Shown: piece after piece, positions 1-9,693 of the stretch | Layout: each line of letters begins with the position of its first letter | Position numbering within the stretch: the stretch's first letter is position 1 | Assembly: GCA_015063535.1 (NCBI GenBank) | Contig: SVTY01000005.1 | Coordinates: forward strand, 23,808 to 87,807 | Length of the DNA stretch: 64,000 bases | Reading direction: 5' to 3' | Source of the DNA: Oscillospiraceae bacterium | GTDB lineage: Bacteria; Bacillota; Clostridia; Oscillospirales; CAG-272 | Program-made: the position numbers and the translations under genes | Notes under the pieces: model-generated | What the model saw: the letters and a program-made list of their open reading frames with translations, nothing else | Told to the model about the DNA's origin: nothing | Databases searched by the model: none

Positions 1-380
1 ATGGTATCATCTCCTGCCACGCAGCCGAGGATACTTGGCATATTTAGCCCATCCACCGCAGAGGCGACCGCCTGTGCCAGTCCCGGGTCGGTATGGACGA
101 CCACGGTATTGGCGGCATACTCCACCCGAATAATGGAATCCGCCATGGCGTGTGTCATCCGAAGGCTCCCCGCTTTGGGTCTGCCGACTCCCACGCTGTA
201 ACGGTAGGTTCCCCGAGAGGTCAGGGTCTTGGCGAGCTTCAGCTCCTTCAGGTCACGGGACACGGTTGCTTGAGTGACCGCATACCCTTCCTCCCGCAAC
301 AGAGCGGTGATCTCCTCTTGCGTTTCCAGCTCCTGCTCGGAGACCAGCTCCAATATTCTGCTTTGGCGTTTTGCTTTCAT
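1..380 (-). CDS. argR: Arginine repressor ArgR, C-terminal end cut by window edge
   Basis: Absent from ORF track because there is no stop in the window. My reverse translation from the ATG at 380 gives MKAKRQSRILELVSEQELETQEEITALLREEGYAVTQATVSRDLKELKLAKT...VVVHTDPGLAQAVASAVD, the winged-helix plus oligomerisation layout of ArgR/AhrC. Sits next to nadK/tlyA as in many Firmicutes. Confidence 0.8.
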   Translation of the reverse strand, partial: MKAKRQSRILELVSEQELETQEEITALLREEGYAVTQATVSRDLKELKLAKTLTSRGTYRYSVGVGRPKAGSLRMTHAMADSIIRVEYAANTVVVHTDPGLAQAVASAVDGLNMPSILGCVAGDDT

Positions 381-409
381 AGATTTCGCCCTTTCTGATT
401 TTTTGCCGT

Positions 410-1279
410 TTATACAAATTTTTTGGTGCGGATCTTGGAGTAAAAGCTCTCCTCCTTGACACGCAATAGGTGGATCTTTCGATCGGAACGGGTCACCACC
501 ACCGTATCTCCGTAGTACAGATCAAAGCTTGCCCGTCCGTCCACGGTCAGGTGCAGTGCCTTCTCCCGCACGCAGATATTGCGGACACGCAATTCGGCGG
601 TATCGGGAAAGACCAGCGGTCTTGCCGAGAGCGAATGGGGGCAGATAGGCGTGACGCAGAAGCAGGACAGCTTAGGGTCCACGATGGGACCGCCTGCCGA
701 CAGCGAATACGCCGTAGAGCCTGTGGGAGTAGCGATCACCAAACCGTCCGCCCGATACGTATAGATCAGCTCGTCGCCGTCCGAAAGCTGAAGATCGACG
801 ATGCGAGCCGCCGATCCGCCCGTGATCGCCGCTTCGTTGAGGGCATAGGCGCAAAATCGGCTCTGTCCGCTTTCGGAGCGCACCTCGGCACGGAGCATCG
901 CCCGCTCATCCAAGCGACAGGCACCCTCGAACACCTTATCCAACAGTGCCAGCTCATTCAGCTCCAGCTCGGTCATGTATCCGACCCGCCCCATATTGAT
1001 CCCAAGGATAGGCAGGTCTGCCGATGCCGCCTGTCTGGCGGCATCCAGCATAGCGCCGTCTCCGCCCAGCACGATCGCCAGCTCTGCCTCGGCGTACAAC
1101 GCCTCGGGGGCAAGATAGCGAAAGCCCTGACGGTGATTCTTGCTCCGCATGATCCGTTCCTTATACGCAAGGGGAACAAGCACCGTCTCCACACGGGGCA
1201 AAATGCGATCCGCCACCCGCATGGCGGCAGACAGCTTTTCCGAAATATTAAAGTTTGTAATCAGTGCAACCTTTTTCAC
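410..1279 (-). CDS. nadK: NAD+ kinase
   Basis: 289 aa. GGDG motif (VLGGDGAML), NMGRVGYM and TPTGSTAYSLSAGGP blocks. GTG start with AAGGAG 6 nt upstream. Confidence 0.9.
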   Translation of the reverse strand: MKKVALITNFNISEKLSAAMRVADRILPRVETVLVPLAYKERIMRSKNHRQGFRYLAPEALYAEAELAIVLGGDGAMLDAARQAASADLPILGINMGRVGYMTELELNELALLDKVFEGACRLDERAMLRAEVRSESGQSRFCAYALNEAAITGGSAARIVDLQLSDGDELIYTYRADGLVIATPTGSTAYSLSAGGPIVDPKLSCFCVTPICPHSLSARPLVFPDTAELRVRNICVREKALHLTVDGRASFDLYYGDTVVVTRSDRKIHLLRVKEESFYSKIRTKKFV

Positions 1280-1312
1280 AAGCTGCTCCTTTCTTTTTAC
1301 AATTTTTTACTG

Positions 1313-2095
1313 TTACTGTGCCGTCAGATACCGCAGGGTCTTATCGTCGATCCTTGGTACCAAGCAGGGGCGTTTGATAAAATAGGCAAGGTATTCTTTG
1401 TTGCCGTCGCCGCCTTCGATAGGAGAGCGAACGATTCCCATACAGTCCAGTCCCTGCTCCATGGCGCATTCCAGTACTCGCTTCACCGCCAAATAGCGAT
1501 AAGCACCGCTGTGCACCACGCCGCCCTTGCCCAGTGCCGCTCTGCCTGCCTCAAACTGAGGCTTGATAAGCGTAATACACTCGCCGTCCGGCTTCAGTAC
1601 GGAGGCAACACCGCTCAAAAGATAGGTTTGGGAAATAAAGGACACGTCCATGACCGCCAGATCGCAAAGCCCGTCCGTGATCCGTTCGTTCAGCTCTCTG
1701 GCATTGAATTGCTCCACCGATACCACCCTCGGATCGGCTCGCAAGGATTCGTGTAGCTGTCCCACACCCGCATCCACCGAGATGACCCGTGCGGCACCCC
1801 GCTTCAGCAGGCAGTCGGTAAAGCCCCCCGTAGAGGCTCCCACATCCACCGCCTTTTTGCGATTGGGATTGACCCCGAACGCCTTCAGCGCCGCCTCCAG
1901 CTTCATGCCGCCTCGGCTGACATATTTGAAGATCGGCGCCACCGTCACCTCGTGGGGAACGGCTTCGTTGATAAGAGCGGAGGATTTTTTCACGGGCACG
2001 CCGTCAATGGTGACCGCCCCCGCTTCGATCAGATCCTGCGCACGCTTGCGGCTCTCGGTATATCCGCCCACCGCCAAATATACATCGGCTCTCAT
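1313..2095 (-). CDS. tlyA: TlyA-family rRNA (cytidine-2'-O)-methyltransferase
   Basis: S4-like N-terminus (MRADVYLAVGGY..), FtsJ SAM site VDVGASTGGFTD. Start moved to ATG 2095, which forms an ATGA start/stop overlap with the upstream gene. Confidence 0.85.
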   Translation of the reverse strand: MRADVYLAVGGYTESRKRAQDLIEAGAVTIDGVPVKKSSALINEAVPHEVTVAPIFKYVSRGGMKLEAALKAFGVNPNRKKAVDVGASTGGFTDCLLKRGAARVISVDAGVGQLHESLRADPRVVSVEQFNARELNERITDGLCDLAVMDVSFISQTYLLSGVASVLKPDGECITLIKPQFEAGRAALGKGGVVHSGAYRYLAVKRVLECAMEQGLDCMGIVRSPIEGGDGNKEYLAYFIKRPCLVPRIDDKTLRYLTAQ

Positions 2096-2556
2096 AGCGC
2101 ACCAACGATCCACCCATATCCAAGTGCCACGACGATGCCCAACAGGGCACCCATCAGCACCTGAAAGGGAGTATGTCCCACCAGCTCCTTCAGACCTGTA
2201 TTGATCTCCTCAGGCTTACCCGAAAACAGCTCCTTGGTGATGCGGTTGATGATCTTTGCCTGCTCGCCCGTTTCATAGCGCACGCCAAAGGCATCGTTCA
2301 TGACGATCATCGATACCACGGCACAAATGGCGAAATACGGAGAGCTGAGTCCCTCCTGCACAGCACAGGCAGTCGTCAGTGCCAACACCGTTGAAGAGTG
2401 GGAGCTGGGCATGCCGCCGTTGGCCAACATATTTTTAATGTGAATTTTTTTCGTACTGCCCCAGCTTGTAAAGATCTTCAGAAACTGGGCAATAAACCAG
2501 CCCAGCACGGCGCTGATGAGTACATAATTCAAAAAGAAATCCTTGATATATTCCAC
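2092..2556 (-). CDS. Divergent PAP2 / DUF212 membrane protein (acid phosphatase/vanadium-haloperoxidase-related)
   Basis: 154 aa, hydrophobic, GGMPSSHSS motif typical of DUF212. Confidence 0.7.
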   Translation of the reverse strand: MEYIKDFFLNYVLISAVLGWFIAQFLKIFTSWGSTKKIHIKNMLANGGMPSSHSSTVLALTTACAVQEGLSSPYFAICAVVSMIVMNDAFGVRYETGEQAKIINRITKELFSGKPEEINTGLKELVGHTPFQVLMGALLGIVVALGYGWIVGAL

Positions 2557-2593
2557 GGTTGCCTTCCTTTTCTTTTGCGGTCAAGCCGCTTTA

Positions 2594-3493
2594 TCAATTG
2601 GTTCGCTCGGTCAGATAGACCGCCAGATCGGACAGAATCCCCGATCCTTCCCAAGCCGAGATTGCCGTGAGTGCCTCGGCGGTTCGCTCCCTTGCGTATT
2701 GCTTGGCACCCTCTTGATCGAAGTAGGTCAAGAAGGTGGTCTTATTGTGAGATATATCGGCTCCGATCGGCTTGCCTAAGGTCTCGCTGTCACCGCACAC
2801 GTCCAGCAGGTCATCCACGACCTGAAATGCCAGCCCGATCCCCTTGGCATATGCCGCTGCCTGATGGGACGGCTCGCTGTCGGGAAAGAAGCCTGCCGCA
2901 AGGCATCCAAGCCGTGCGGCGCATTCGATCAGCGCCCCTGTTTTCATGCGGTGGAGCCGCTCCAAGGTCTCCAAGGACAGCACCTCAGTCTCTCCCTTCA
3001 GGTCGATGATCTGACCGCCGATCATACCGCACTCTCCCGCAGCCTCGGCAATCAGTCTCACCGCCTCGGCACGCATCCTATCATCGGCATAAGGGTTCTG
3101 CACCGCCGTCAAAAACGCTTTGGTCAGAAGCGCATCCCCCGCCAGCAGTGCGGTGGCATAGCCGAATTCCTTATGATTGGTGGGCTTCCCTCGCCGTAGG
3201 TCATCGTCATCCATACAGGGCAGATCGTCATGGATCAGCGAATAGGTATGGATCATCTCCAACGCACAGGCAAAGGGCATAGAGACTCGCTCCTCACCCC
3301 CAAGCACCCGACAAAATTCATTAACCAAAAAGGGACGAATGCGCTTACCGCCGCCCAAAAGCGAATAGGCTTGGGAATCAAACAGCACCTGCAATTCCTC
3401 ATCCGCTTCTCTGCCATACTGCTTTAATGCTTCCTCTACCCGCTCCGCATGCTCGCTCAGAGTCTGCTTCAGTGCCGCCATGGTCTGTTCCAT
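2594..3493 (-). CDS. ispA: Polyprenyl (farnesyl/geranylgeranyl) diphosphate synthase
   Basis: First Asp-rich motif LIHDDLPCMDDDDLRRGKPT and second FQVVDDLLD. Start set at ATG 3493 (AAGGAG 7 nt upstream). Confidence 0.9.
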   Translation of the reverse strand: MEQTMAALKQTLSEHAERVEEALKQYGREADEELQVLFDSQAYSLLGGGKRIRPFLVNEFCRVLGGEERVSMPFACALEMIHTYSLIHDDLPCMDDDDLRRGKPTNHKEFGYATALLAGDALLTKAFLTAVQNPYADDRMRAEAVRLIAEAAGECGMIGGQIIDLKGETEVLSLETLERLHRMKTGALIECAARLGCLAAGFFPDSEPSHQAAAYAKGIGLAFQVVDDLLDVCGDSETLGKPIGADISHNKTTFLTYFDQEGAKQYARERTAEALTAISAWEGSGILSDLAVYLTERTN

Positions 3494-3512
3494 CTTTTTT
3501 CTCCTTTTCGAC

Positions 3513-3767
3513 TTATTGAGCGTCAAACGCCTCTTCGGTGATCTCTCCGTCCGTATTCATTTTCAAAATACGGATCGTCCGCTCGGCATCGTCCAGCTTT
3601 TCCTTGCAAATCCGCACCAGCCGAACGCCCTCCTCATACAGCCGCAGAGACTGCTCCAGCTCGACGGCTTCGCCGTCCAGTGCCGCCACCACCTCATCCA
3701 ATCGATGCATGGCGTCCTCCAATTTCATTTGCGCCACATCCGTGGCTTGCGTTTTCTTATCTTCCAT
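3513..3767 (-). CDS. xseB: Exodeoxyribonuclease VII small subunit
   Basis: 84 aa coiled-coil, LEDAMHRLDEVV...SLRLYEEGVRLVRICKEKL. Overlaps the xseA stop. Confidence 0.9.
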   Translation of the reverse strand: MEDKKTQATDVAQMKLEDAMHRLDEVVAALDGEAVELEQSLRLYEEGVRLVRICKEKLDDAERTIRILKMNTDGEITEEAFDAQ

Positions 3768-5007
3768 GAGTGATCTCCTTTTTTGACTTGGTTGCTTCGA
3801 CGGTTCGGATCTCGGCGGTGGCTTGTCCGTCCGAGAACTGCAAGTCCACCTGCTGTCCCACCGTCAGCCGTGTTGCCGACGAGACTGCCTGTCCCGCCTC
3901 ATCCCGTACCATACTGTATCCCCGACCCAAGACCGCCAAGGGGCTGAGAGCCTGCAAGCGCTCCGCCGCCGTGGACAGACGGGCGTTTTCTTTGTCCATT
4001 CGCCCCTTCATCAGCCGTTCCATCGTTTCCGTTTGATGCTCGATATGCTGTCGGCTGTGCGCCAGCTTCGCATAGGGAGAGCGAAGCTCCAGGGCTCGCT
4101 CGGCAAGAAGCAGGGTGCTTTTTCGGGCGGTGAGTGTCTGCTCGGCACGGCGTGTCAGCGAACGGTACCGTTCGGACAGCCGCTGTGCCAGCTCCCGCCG
4201 ATCGGGTACGGCGATCTCTGCCGCCGCCGAGGGCGTGGGTGCCCGACGGTCTGCAACAAAGTCACACAGGGTAAAGTCGGTCTCGTGTCCCACCGCCGAA
4301 ATGACGGGAATCGTCGATGCGGCGACTGTTCGGGCAAGGGTCTCGTCATTGAACGCCCACAGATCCTCCACAGAGCCGCCGCCCCGACCGAGGATGATAA
4401 CGTCACAGCTTTTCATGGCGTTGAAGTAGGCAAGCCCCGCACAGAGCGAGGCGGGGGCGTCCTGTCCCTGCACCAAGGACGGATACAGGATCAGCTTTGC
4501 TTGCGGATACCTCCGTCCCGTAATGTTAATAATATCTCGGATCGCCGCTCCCGTGGGTGCCGTAATGACACCGACACAGGTGGGAAATTCGGGCAAGGGG
4601 CGCTTCCGTTCGGGAGCGAACAGACCCTCCGCTTCCAGCTTTTTCTTCAGCTTCTCATATGCCGCCGCCAAAGCACCGACACCGTCGGCAACTATGGCAC
4701 CCGCATACAGCTGATAGCGACCGCTCTTTTCGTAAACATCCACCCGTCCGTAGGCGATGACACGCATGCCGTCCATCGGGCGAAAGCCCATCCGCATAGC
4801 ATCTCCCCGAAACATAACTGCCGCCAGCTCCGAGCTGCCGTCCTTCAGGGTAAAATACAAATGACCGCTGGAATGCGCTTTGAAGTTGGAGATCTCGCCC
4901 CGCACGGCGACGGCGGACAGCAATCCGTCCGAACCGAACAGGGACTTGATATACCGATTGACATCGGTGACGGACAGTGCCATCTGATTGGGATTTGTTC
5001 CGTTCAT
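3757..5007 (-). CDS. xseA: Exodeoxyribonuclease VII large subunit
   Basis: N-terminal OB fold (LSVTDVNRYIKSLF...RGEISNFKAHSSGHLYFTLKD), catalytic core, C-terminal coiled coil. Start at ATG 5007 gives an ATGA overlap with the upstream gene. Confidence 0.9.
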   Translation of the reverse strand: MNGTNPNQMALSVTDVNRYIKSLFGSDGLLSAVAVRGEISNFKAHSSGHLYFTLKDGSSELAAVMFRGDAMRMGFRPMDGMRVIAYGRVDVYEKSGRYQLYAGAIVADGVGALAAAYEKLKKKLEAEGLFAPERKRPLPEFPTCVGVITAPTGAAIRDIINITGRRYPQAKLILYPSLVQGQDAPASLCAGLAYFNAMKSCDVIILGRGGGSVEDLWAFNDETLARTVAASTIPVISAVGHETDFTLCDFVADRRAPTPSAAAEIAVPDRRELAQRLSERYRSLTRRAEQTLTARKSTLLLAERALELRSPYAKLAHSRQHIEHQTETMERLMKGRMDKENARLSTAAERLQALSPLAVLGRGYSMVRDEAGQAVSSATRLTVGQQVDLQFSDGQATAEIRTVEATKSKKEITHGR

Positions 5008-5963
5008 CCGTTTCTCTCCTCTGTTGCCCGCCGACAAAGCAAGGCGATGCCTGCGGCGTTATCCGCCGAAAATTCGGGCTCGGCAAAGCAGGCGTCAAAT
5101 TGCTCTCCGAGGCTCTGCCGCATGAGCTGATTGGACATCACGCCCCCCGCAAACAGCACGGGAAGCCGTCCGTATTTCTCTTGTATCTGTTCGCCCATGG
5201 CGATCAGCGTTTTTGCCAAAAAATCAAAGACAAAGGCGGCGACCGCCTCCCGATCATTCGTTTCCTTCCACAGGCGTAGGGCGATATTCTCCGCCCCCGA
5301 CAGACTGCACCGCCCATTCCGCACACAGACGGGATGGCGGTAGGGCTTTCCCTCATAGGCTGTCGCAAGGTGCTCCAGCTCCCCCCCGCAGGGGAAGGAA
5401 AGCCCCATTGCCACGCCGACACGGTCGATAAGCTGTCCGCCGTTGAGGTCGTCGGTCTCACCGACAAGCTCGATCTGCAACGCTCCGTTCCGTGCATCCG
5501 CCAACAGCACCTCGGTGGTACCGCCCGACACATGAAAGGCGAGAAAACGGTCTTGCATGAGCCGCTCTCCTTCTCCGCAGGAATACAGTGCCGCCATCAC
5601 ATGTCCGTTCTGATGGGAAAAATCATACACGGGAAGTCCGCCTTGCGCAGCAAAGGCGTATGCCGCCGACCGTCCCGCCAAAAAGCAGGGCATATACGAC
5701 CCCTCCGCATCTCTCGGACGGGTGGAAACGCCCACTGCCGTGGGGGTCAGCCCCGCCTTAGCAAGGGTCTCCTTCAGCTTCTCGCACACCGTGGGCAGAT
5801 TGCGAACATGGGCAAATACGGCATCCGACTGCCGCAATCCTCTCGCACCTTTCCCAACGGGAAGGGGCTCCTTCAGATTGGCAAGGATCCGTCCCTCTCT
5901 GTCGCAGACGGCGACGGAGGTAGTGTAATTGCTGGTATCAAAGCCCACAAAGCAAGGGGTCAT
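5004..5963 (-). CDS. TsaD/Kae1-like (ASKHA, glycoprotease family) paralogue
   Basis: 319 aa. HQNGHV (cf. TsaD HxxxH), FHVSGGTTE, DDLNGGQLIDRVGVAMGL, AGGVMSN, ADNAAGIA follow TsaD block order but are divergent. Confidence 0.6.
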   Translation of the reverse strand: MTPCFVGFDTSNYTTSVAVCDREGRILANLKEPLPVGKGARGLRQSDAVFAHVRNLPTVCEKLKETLAKAGLTPTAVGVSTRPRDAEGSYMPCFLAGRSAAYAFAAQGGLPVYDFSHQNGHVMAALYSCGEGERLMQDRFLAFHVSGGTTEVLLADARNGALQIELVGETDDLNGGQLIDRVGVAMGLSFPCGGELEHLATAYEGKPYRHPVCVRNGRCSLSGAENIALRLWKETNDREAVAAFVFDFLAKTLIAMGEQIQEKYGRLPVLFAGGVMSNQLMRQSLGEQFDACFAEPEFSADNAAGIALLCRRATEERNG

Positions 5964-6397
5964 TCCCGCTTCTCCTTTGTCATACCGTTTGCCACCAGCT
6001 CATTCTTGACCGAATTAAGCACGCCGTTGACAAAGGGACGTGCCTTGGGGTCATCGAATTTTTTTGTCAGCTCCACTGCTTCGTTGATGGTGACATTATA
6101 GGGAATTTCACTCTCAAACACCATTTCATAGACCGCCATCCGCAGAATCGAGCGAGACAGGCGGGAAAGGCGTTCCACCTTCCAGCCCTTGGCGTTCTTA
6201 GCGATCAGCTCGTCCACGGTCTGCCGTTGTTCAAAAATCGTATAATATGCTTTTTTGATGTATTCATCCTCGGGGATCATCCGCTCCTCCACCGAGGTGG
6301 CATAGATCTCTGCATAGCTCTCGTCGCTGCGGAACTCGCTCTCAAACAGCAAGCCCATCAGCAGCTCTCTCGCTTCTCTTCGCTTCAATGCGCTCAT
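5960..6397 (-). CDS. nusB: Transcription antitermination factor NusB
   Basis: Start moved to internal ATG 6397 (MSALKRREARELLMGLLFESEF...). The upstream 43 codons in the track ORF cover the promoter and leader. Confidence 0.85.
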   Translation of the reverse strand: MSALKRREARELLMGLLFESEFRSDESYAEIYATSVEERMIPEDEYIKKAYYTIFEQRQTVDELIAKNAKGWKVERLSRLSRSILRMAVYEMVFESEIPYNVTINEAVELTKKFDDPKARPFVNGVLNSVKNELVANGMTKEKRE

Positions 6398-6497
6398 AAC
6401 CCTTCCTTGCGGGTGCCTTTGCCGCTCCCGCCATCCTTTCCTGTGTCTGTATCTTCCTTTCATGCCCCGAAAAGAGGGCATACTACATCTATTATAT

Positions 6498-6526
6498 ATT
6501 ATATATCCAACTGTCCGAAAAGTCAA
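6498..6526 (-). promoter_or_regulatory. Predicted sigma-A promoter of nusB operon
   Basis: Minus strand TTGACT-17 nt-TATAAT. Confidence 0.55.
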
Positions 6527-6582
6527 GGTGGGAATGAATATTTTTACGGTTATTCATGTATTTATTCATTTTTTTGCGAAAT

Positions 6583-6620
6583 AAAAAAGGATCGGGACAC
6601 CGATCACTCGGTATCCCGAC
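6583..6620 (-). terminator. Rho-independent terminator after GT2 gene
   Basis: Minus strand TCGGGATAC..GTGTCCCGA stem followed by TTTTTTATTT. Confidence 0.6.
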
Positions 6621-6630
6621 CGCAGTTCTA

Positions 6631-7587
6631 TTACACCTTGGAGGTTTTATCGGCGGAATCAAAGTTGATCCGCTCCTCCTCGACCACCAAGGGGCGTCTC
6701 ATGCTTCGGGTATTCACACTCAGAAGATACTCGCCCACAAAGCCCAAGAAAAAGAGCTGAAGTCCTCCCACAAACAGCACCGTCAGAAGGATCGCCGCCG
6801 TACCCGTCAGAAGCAGATCGGGATTGACCAGCTTCAAAATCAGGCAGACCACTGCCGCAAGGGCACTTCCACCGCACATCAGCACGCCGAGAAGCTCCGA
6901 CAGACGCACGCCGATCTTCGTATAGGATGTAAAGGACAGCATGGCAGCATCGTACAGGCTGAAGAAGTTATTGCTGGTCTTCCCCGCTCTCCGCTTCGCC
7001 TGCTCGTATTCGATCCGCTTAATATTGGGCCCCAGCTCTGCCACGACCCCCCGCAGGAAGGGAATGGGGTCGTCCAGCTTCCGCATGACCTCCACAAAGC
7101 TCTTGTCATACAGACCGAAGCCCGTGAAATGCTCGATCTGCTCCACACGGGAGAGTTTGTGAATGAGTTTGTAGTAAATGCTCCGCAAAAAGTACATCAG
7201 CTTGCTTTCCTTGCTGGAGGTCTTTACGCCGATGACCACCTTGTGTCCGTTCTCCCACTCGGTAAGGAACTTGGGGATCATATCCACAGGATCCTGAAAA
7301 TCACAGCAAACCGTGATGGTACAATCGCCCGTGGTCTGACAAATGGCGTGATAGGGCGAATTGAACTGCCCGAAATTTTTGGAATTGAAGATTGCCCGAA
7401 TCTTCGGATTCTCGGCGCAAATCCCCCGCAGCAGGGTACGCGTGTTGTCCTGTGAGCAGTTGTCGATAAACAAAATTTCATAGTCATACTGAGGAAGCTG
7501 TTCCATCTGCTCCACCAACGCCCGACTCATAGGGACGACATTTTCCTCCTCGTTGTAGCAAGGAACCATAATACTGACCTTTTTCAT
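6631..7587 (-). CDS. Family-2 glycosyltransferase, polyprenol-phosphate glycosyltransferase type (GtrB/CsbB/ArnC-like)
   Basis: N-terminal VSIMVPCYNEEENV GT-A start and a DxD-type core. Two C-terminal TM helices (LLGVLMCGGSALAAVVCLIL / AAILLTVLFVGGLQLFFLGFVG). Start at ATG 7587 with AAGGAG upstream. Confidence 0.75.
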   Translation of the reverse strand: MKKVSIMVPCYNEEENVVPMSRALVEQMEQLPQYDYEILFIDNCSQDNTRTLLRGICAENPKIRAIFNSKNFGQFNSPYHAICQTTGDCTITVCCDFQDPVDMIPKFLTEWENGHKVVIGVKTSSKESKLMYFLRSIYYKLIHKLSRVEQIEHFTGFGLYDKSFVEVMRKLDDPIPFLRGVVAELGPNIKRIEYEQAKRRAGKTSNNFFSLYDAAMLSFTSYTKIGVRLSELLGVLMCGGSALAAVVCLILKLVNPDLLLTGTAAILLTVLFVGGLQLFFLGFVGEYLLSVNTRSMRRPLVVEEERINFDSADKTSKV

Positions 7588-7611
7588 ATGTATCACTCCT
7601 TTTTTCGTAAA

Positions 7612-8529
7612 TTATCGGTTGACTTCGTTGTACCAAGCCACGGTCTTGGCGATTCCCTCGTCAAAGGAGACCTTCGGAACAAAGCCCGTATCTGCCGTCA
7701 GCTCGGTAATATCGGCGCACAGGTACATGACCTGCTTGTCGCTGTACGGAACCTCGCCAAGTCCCAGTGCCGCACCCGGTGCCGCCGCATCACGGATCGC
7801 CGTGATATAGTCCTTCAAGGGGCGGGGGTCGCCGCTGCCGAGGCAGTAGACCTTTCCGTGTACCCCACGCTCCGCCATGGCGATCAGTGCCGCCGCCGCA
7901 TCGTCACAATAGAGATAATCCCAGATCTGCTCCCCTGCCGTAAAGCTCGGCTTCTCGCCTTCCTTGAGCTTTTTTAAGGTGGACATGACCATGGAGCCGA
8001 CTCCGTCATACGGGCCGTATACGCTCAAAATCCTTGCCCATAGGTGCCGCAAGCCCTTGGCTTCGCACATGACACGGCTCATCTGACCCGCACACAGCTT
8101 TGCCATGCCGTAGCCATTTTCGGGAAAGGCGGGAGTCTCGGCACTCAGGCGTCCCTCCACCCGTCCGTATTCCGCTTGTGAGCCTGCTCCGACAAAGGTA
8201 TGACAGCCCATCCGCTCCGCCAAGTCAACGGCATCCAGCGTATAGCGCACGTTGTCGTTTTGCAGGGGCATGTCATTGCGTGCCGCCCCTGTTGTCCCCG
8301 CCCACGCAAAATGGAAGAACACGTCATAGGTCTTTCCCGCAGTGGGCGCAAACGCCTTCATATCCGACAAGCCGCAAACAGCCTTGGTCACCAAGGGATG
8401 GGTGGGGATGCGGTCACCTCTGGGGGAATCGCCCCGACACAGCACCAGCACCGAATCGCCCCGTTCGACGAGGGTACGGATCAGTGCCATGCCGATGGCA
8501 CCCGTGGCACCCGAAATTACTGCTTTCAT
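7612..8529 (-). CDS. NAD-dependent epimerase/dehydratase (SDR), probable CDP-4-keto-6-deoxyhexose reductase/epimerase
   Basis: Start moved to ATG 8529 (AGGAG upstream), giving MKAVISGATGAIGMAL Rossmann motif. Has YGMAK catalytic YxxxK. Follows rfbF-rfbG. Confidence 0.7.
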   Translation of the reverse strand: MKAVISGATGAIGMALIRTLVERGDSVLVLCRGDSPRGDRIPTHPLVTKAVCGLSDMKAFAPTAGKTYDVFFHFAWAGTTGAARNDMPLQNDNVRYTLDAVDLAERMGCHTFVGAGSQAEYGRVEGRLSAETPAFPENGYGMAKLCAGQMSRVMCEAKGLRHLWARILSVYGPYDGVGSMVMSTLKKLKEGEKPSFTAGEQIWDYLYCDDAAAALIAMAERGVHGKVYCLGSGDPRPLKDYITAIRDAAAPGAALGLGEVPYSDKQVMYLCADITELTADTGFVPKVSFDEGIAKTVAWYNEVNR

Positions 8530-8620
8530 TCGAATCTCCTTTCTCTGTTCGGGCAAAATCCGCCCGACAGACAGAATCAGCGACAGAAAATCCGGCGCTG
8601 ATCCATGTATATTCTTTAGA

Positions 8621-9688
8621 TTATCGCAGCCAGTCGCTCTTTTCGATGAAGCGAACGATCTGCGTATCCATGCAGGCGGTGACATCCTTGCCGTCCCGCA
8701 TGCACTTTGCCCATTCCACGGTCTGCTCCACGGCATCTCCCAAATTCCAAACGGGATGCCAACCGAACACCGTCTTGAGCTTGGAGCAATCCAGCTTGAG
8801 GAAGTTTGCCTCGTGGGGGCCTCCGTCATAGCGGTTGATCCACTTCATGCCCTCTCCCCATGTGCGGCAGAACAAATCTACCAAGGCTCCCGTGCGGAAG
8901 CAATCGCACTCGTCGGGGCCTACGTTGTAGTAGCCCGCAAAGCTACCGTCCTCATACTGAGCGGCGGCGATCATCAGATACGCCATCACAGGCTCCAGCA
9001 CATGCTGATAGGGACGGGTGGAGTGGGGGTTACGGACGATAATATCTCTCTTGTCCAATGCCGCACGGATACAGTCGGGGATGATACGGTCGTTGGCGAA
9101 ATCGCCGCCGCCGATCACGTTGCCCGCCCGTGCCGTGGAGATCGCCACGCGCCCGTCGGCAAAAAAGGAATCTTTATAGCTATGGGTGACAAGCTCGGAG
9201 CAGGATTTGCTGTTGGAGTAGGGATCAAAGCCGTCCAGCGGCTCGTTCTCCCGATATCCCCATTCCCACTCGTTATTTTTATACACCTTATCGGTGGTAA
9301 CATTCAAAAACGACTTGACTGTATCGGACAGACGCACGCATTCAAGAATGTTTACCGTTCCCATGACATTGGTCTCATAGGTATACTTGGGATCCTTGTA
9401 GCTGTCCCGCACGATAGGCTGTGCCGCCAAATGCAACACAATCTCGGGCTTTGCCTCATCGAAGCAACGCTTCATGGCATCAAAATCCCGCACGTCTCCG
9501 ATGACCGAGGTCATGCCCTCGGCAATGCCCGCCAGCTCAAACAGAGCAGGATCGGTGGGAGGCGTTTGAGAGTATCCTGTTACAACGGCGCCTGCCCGCA
9601 CCAGCACCCGACACATCCAAGAGCCTTTGAAGCCCGTGTGTCCGGTGACCAGCACTCGTTTTCCTTTATAAAAATCCAAATTCAACAT
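8621..9688 (-). CDS. rfbG: CDP-glucose 4,6-dehydratase
   Basis: 355 aa. VTGHTGFKGSWM N-terminus and the SDR-extended YxxxK region (DPYSNSK) typical of RfbG. Confidence 0.85.
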   Translation of the reverse strand: MLNLDFYKGKRVLVTGHTGFKGSWMCRVLVRAGAVVTGYSQTPPTDPALFELAGIAEGMTSVIGDVRDFDAMKRCFDEAKPEIVLHLAAQPIVRDSYKDPKYTYETNVMGTVNILECVRLSDTVKSFLNVTTDKVYKNNEWEWGYRENEPLDGFDPYSNSKSCSELVTHSYKDSFFADGRVAISTARAGNVIGGGDFANDRIIPDCIRAALDKRDIIVRNPHSTRPYQHVLEPVMAYLMIAAAQYEDGSFAGYYNVGPDECDCFRTGALVDLFCRTWGEGMKWINRYDGGPHEANFLKLDCSKLKTVFGWHPVWNLGDAVEQTVEWAKCMRDGKDVTACMDTQIVRFIEKSDWLR

Positions 9689-9693
9689 TTATC

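Noticed and set aside
470-1756. 428-aa plus-strand ORF
   Set aside because: Antisense shadow of nadK and tlyA in high-GC DNA. It is Arg/Gly/His-rich with no motifs.
3823-5130. 435-aa plus-strand ORF
   Set aside because: Antisense shadow of xseA.
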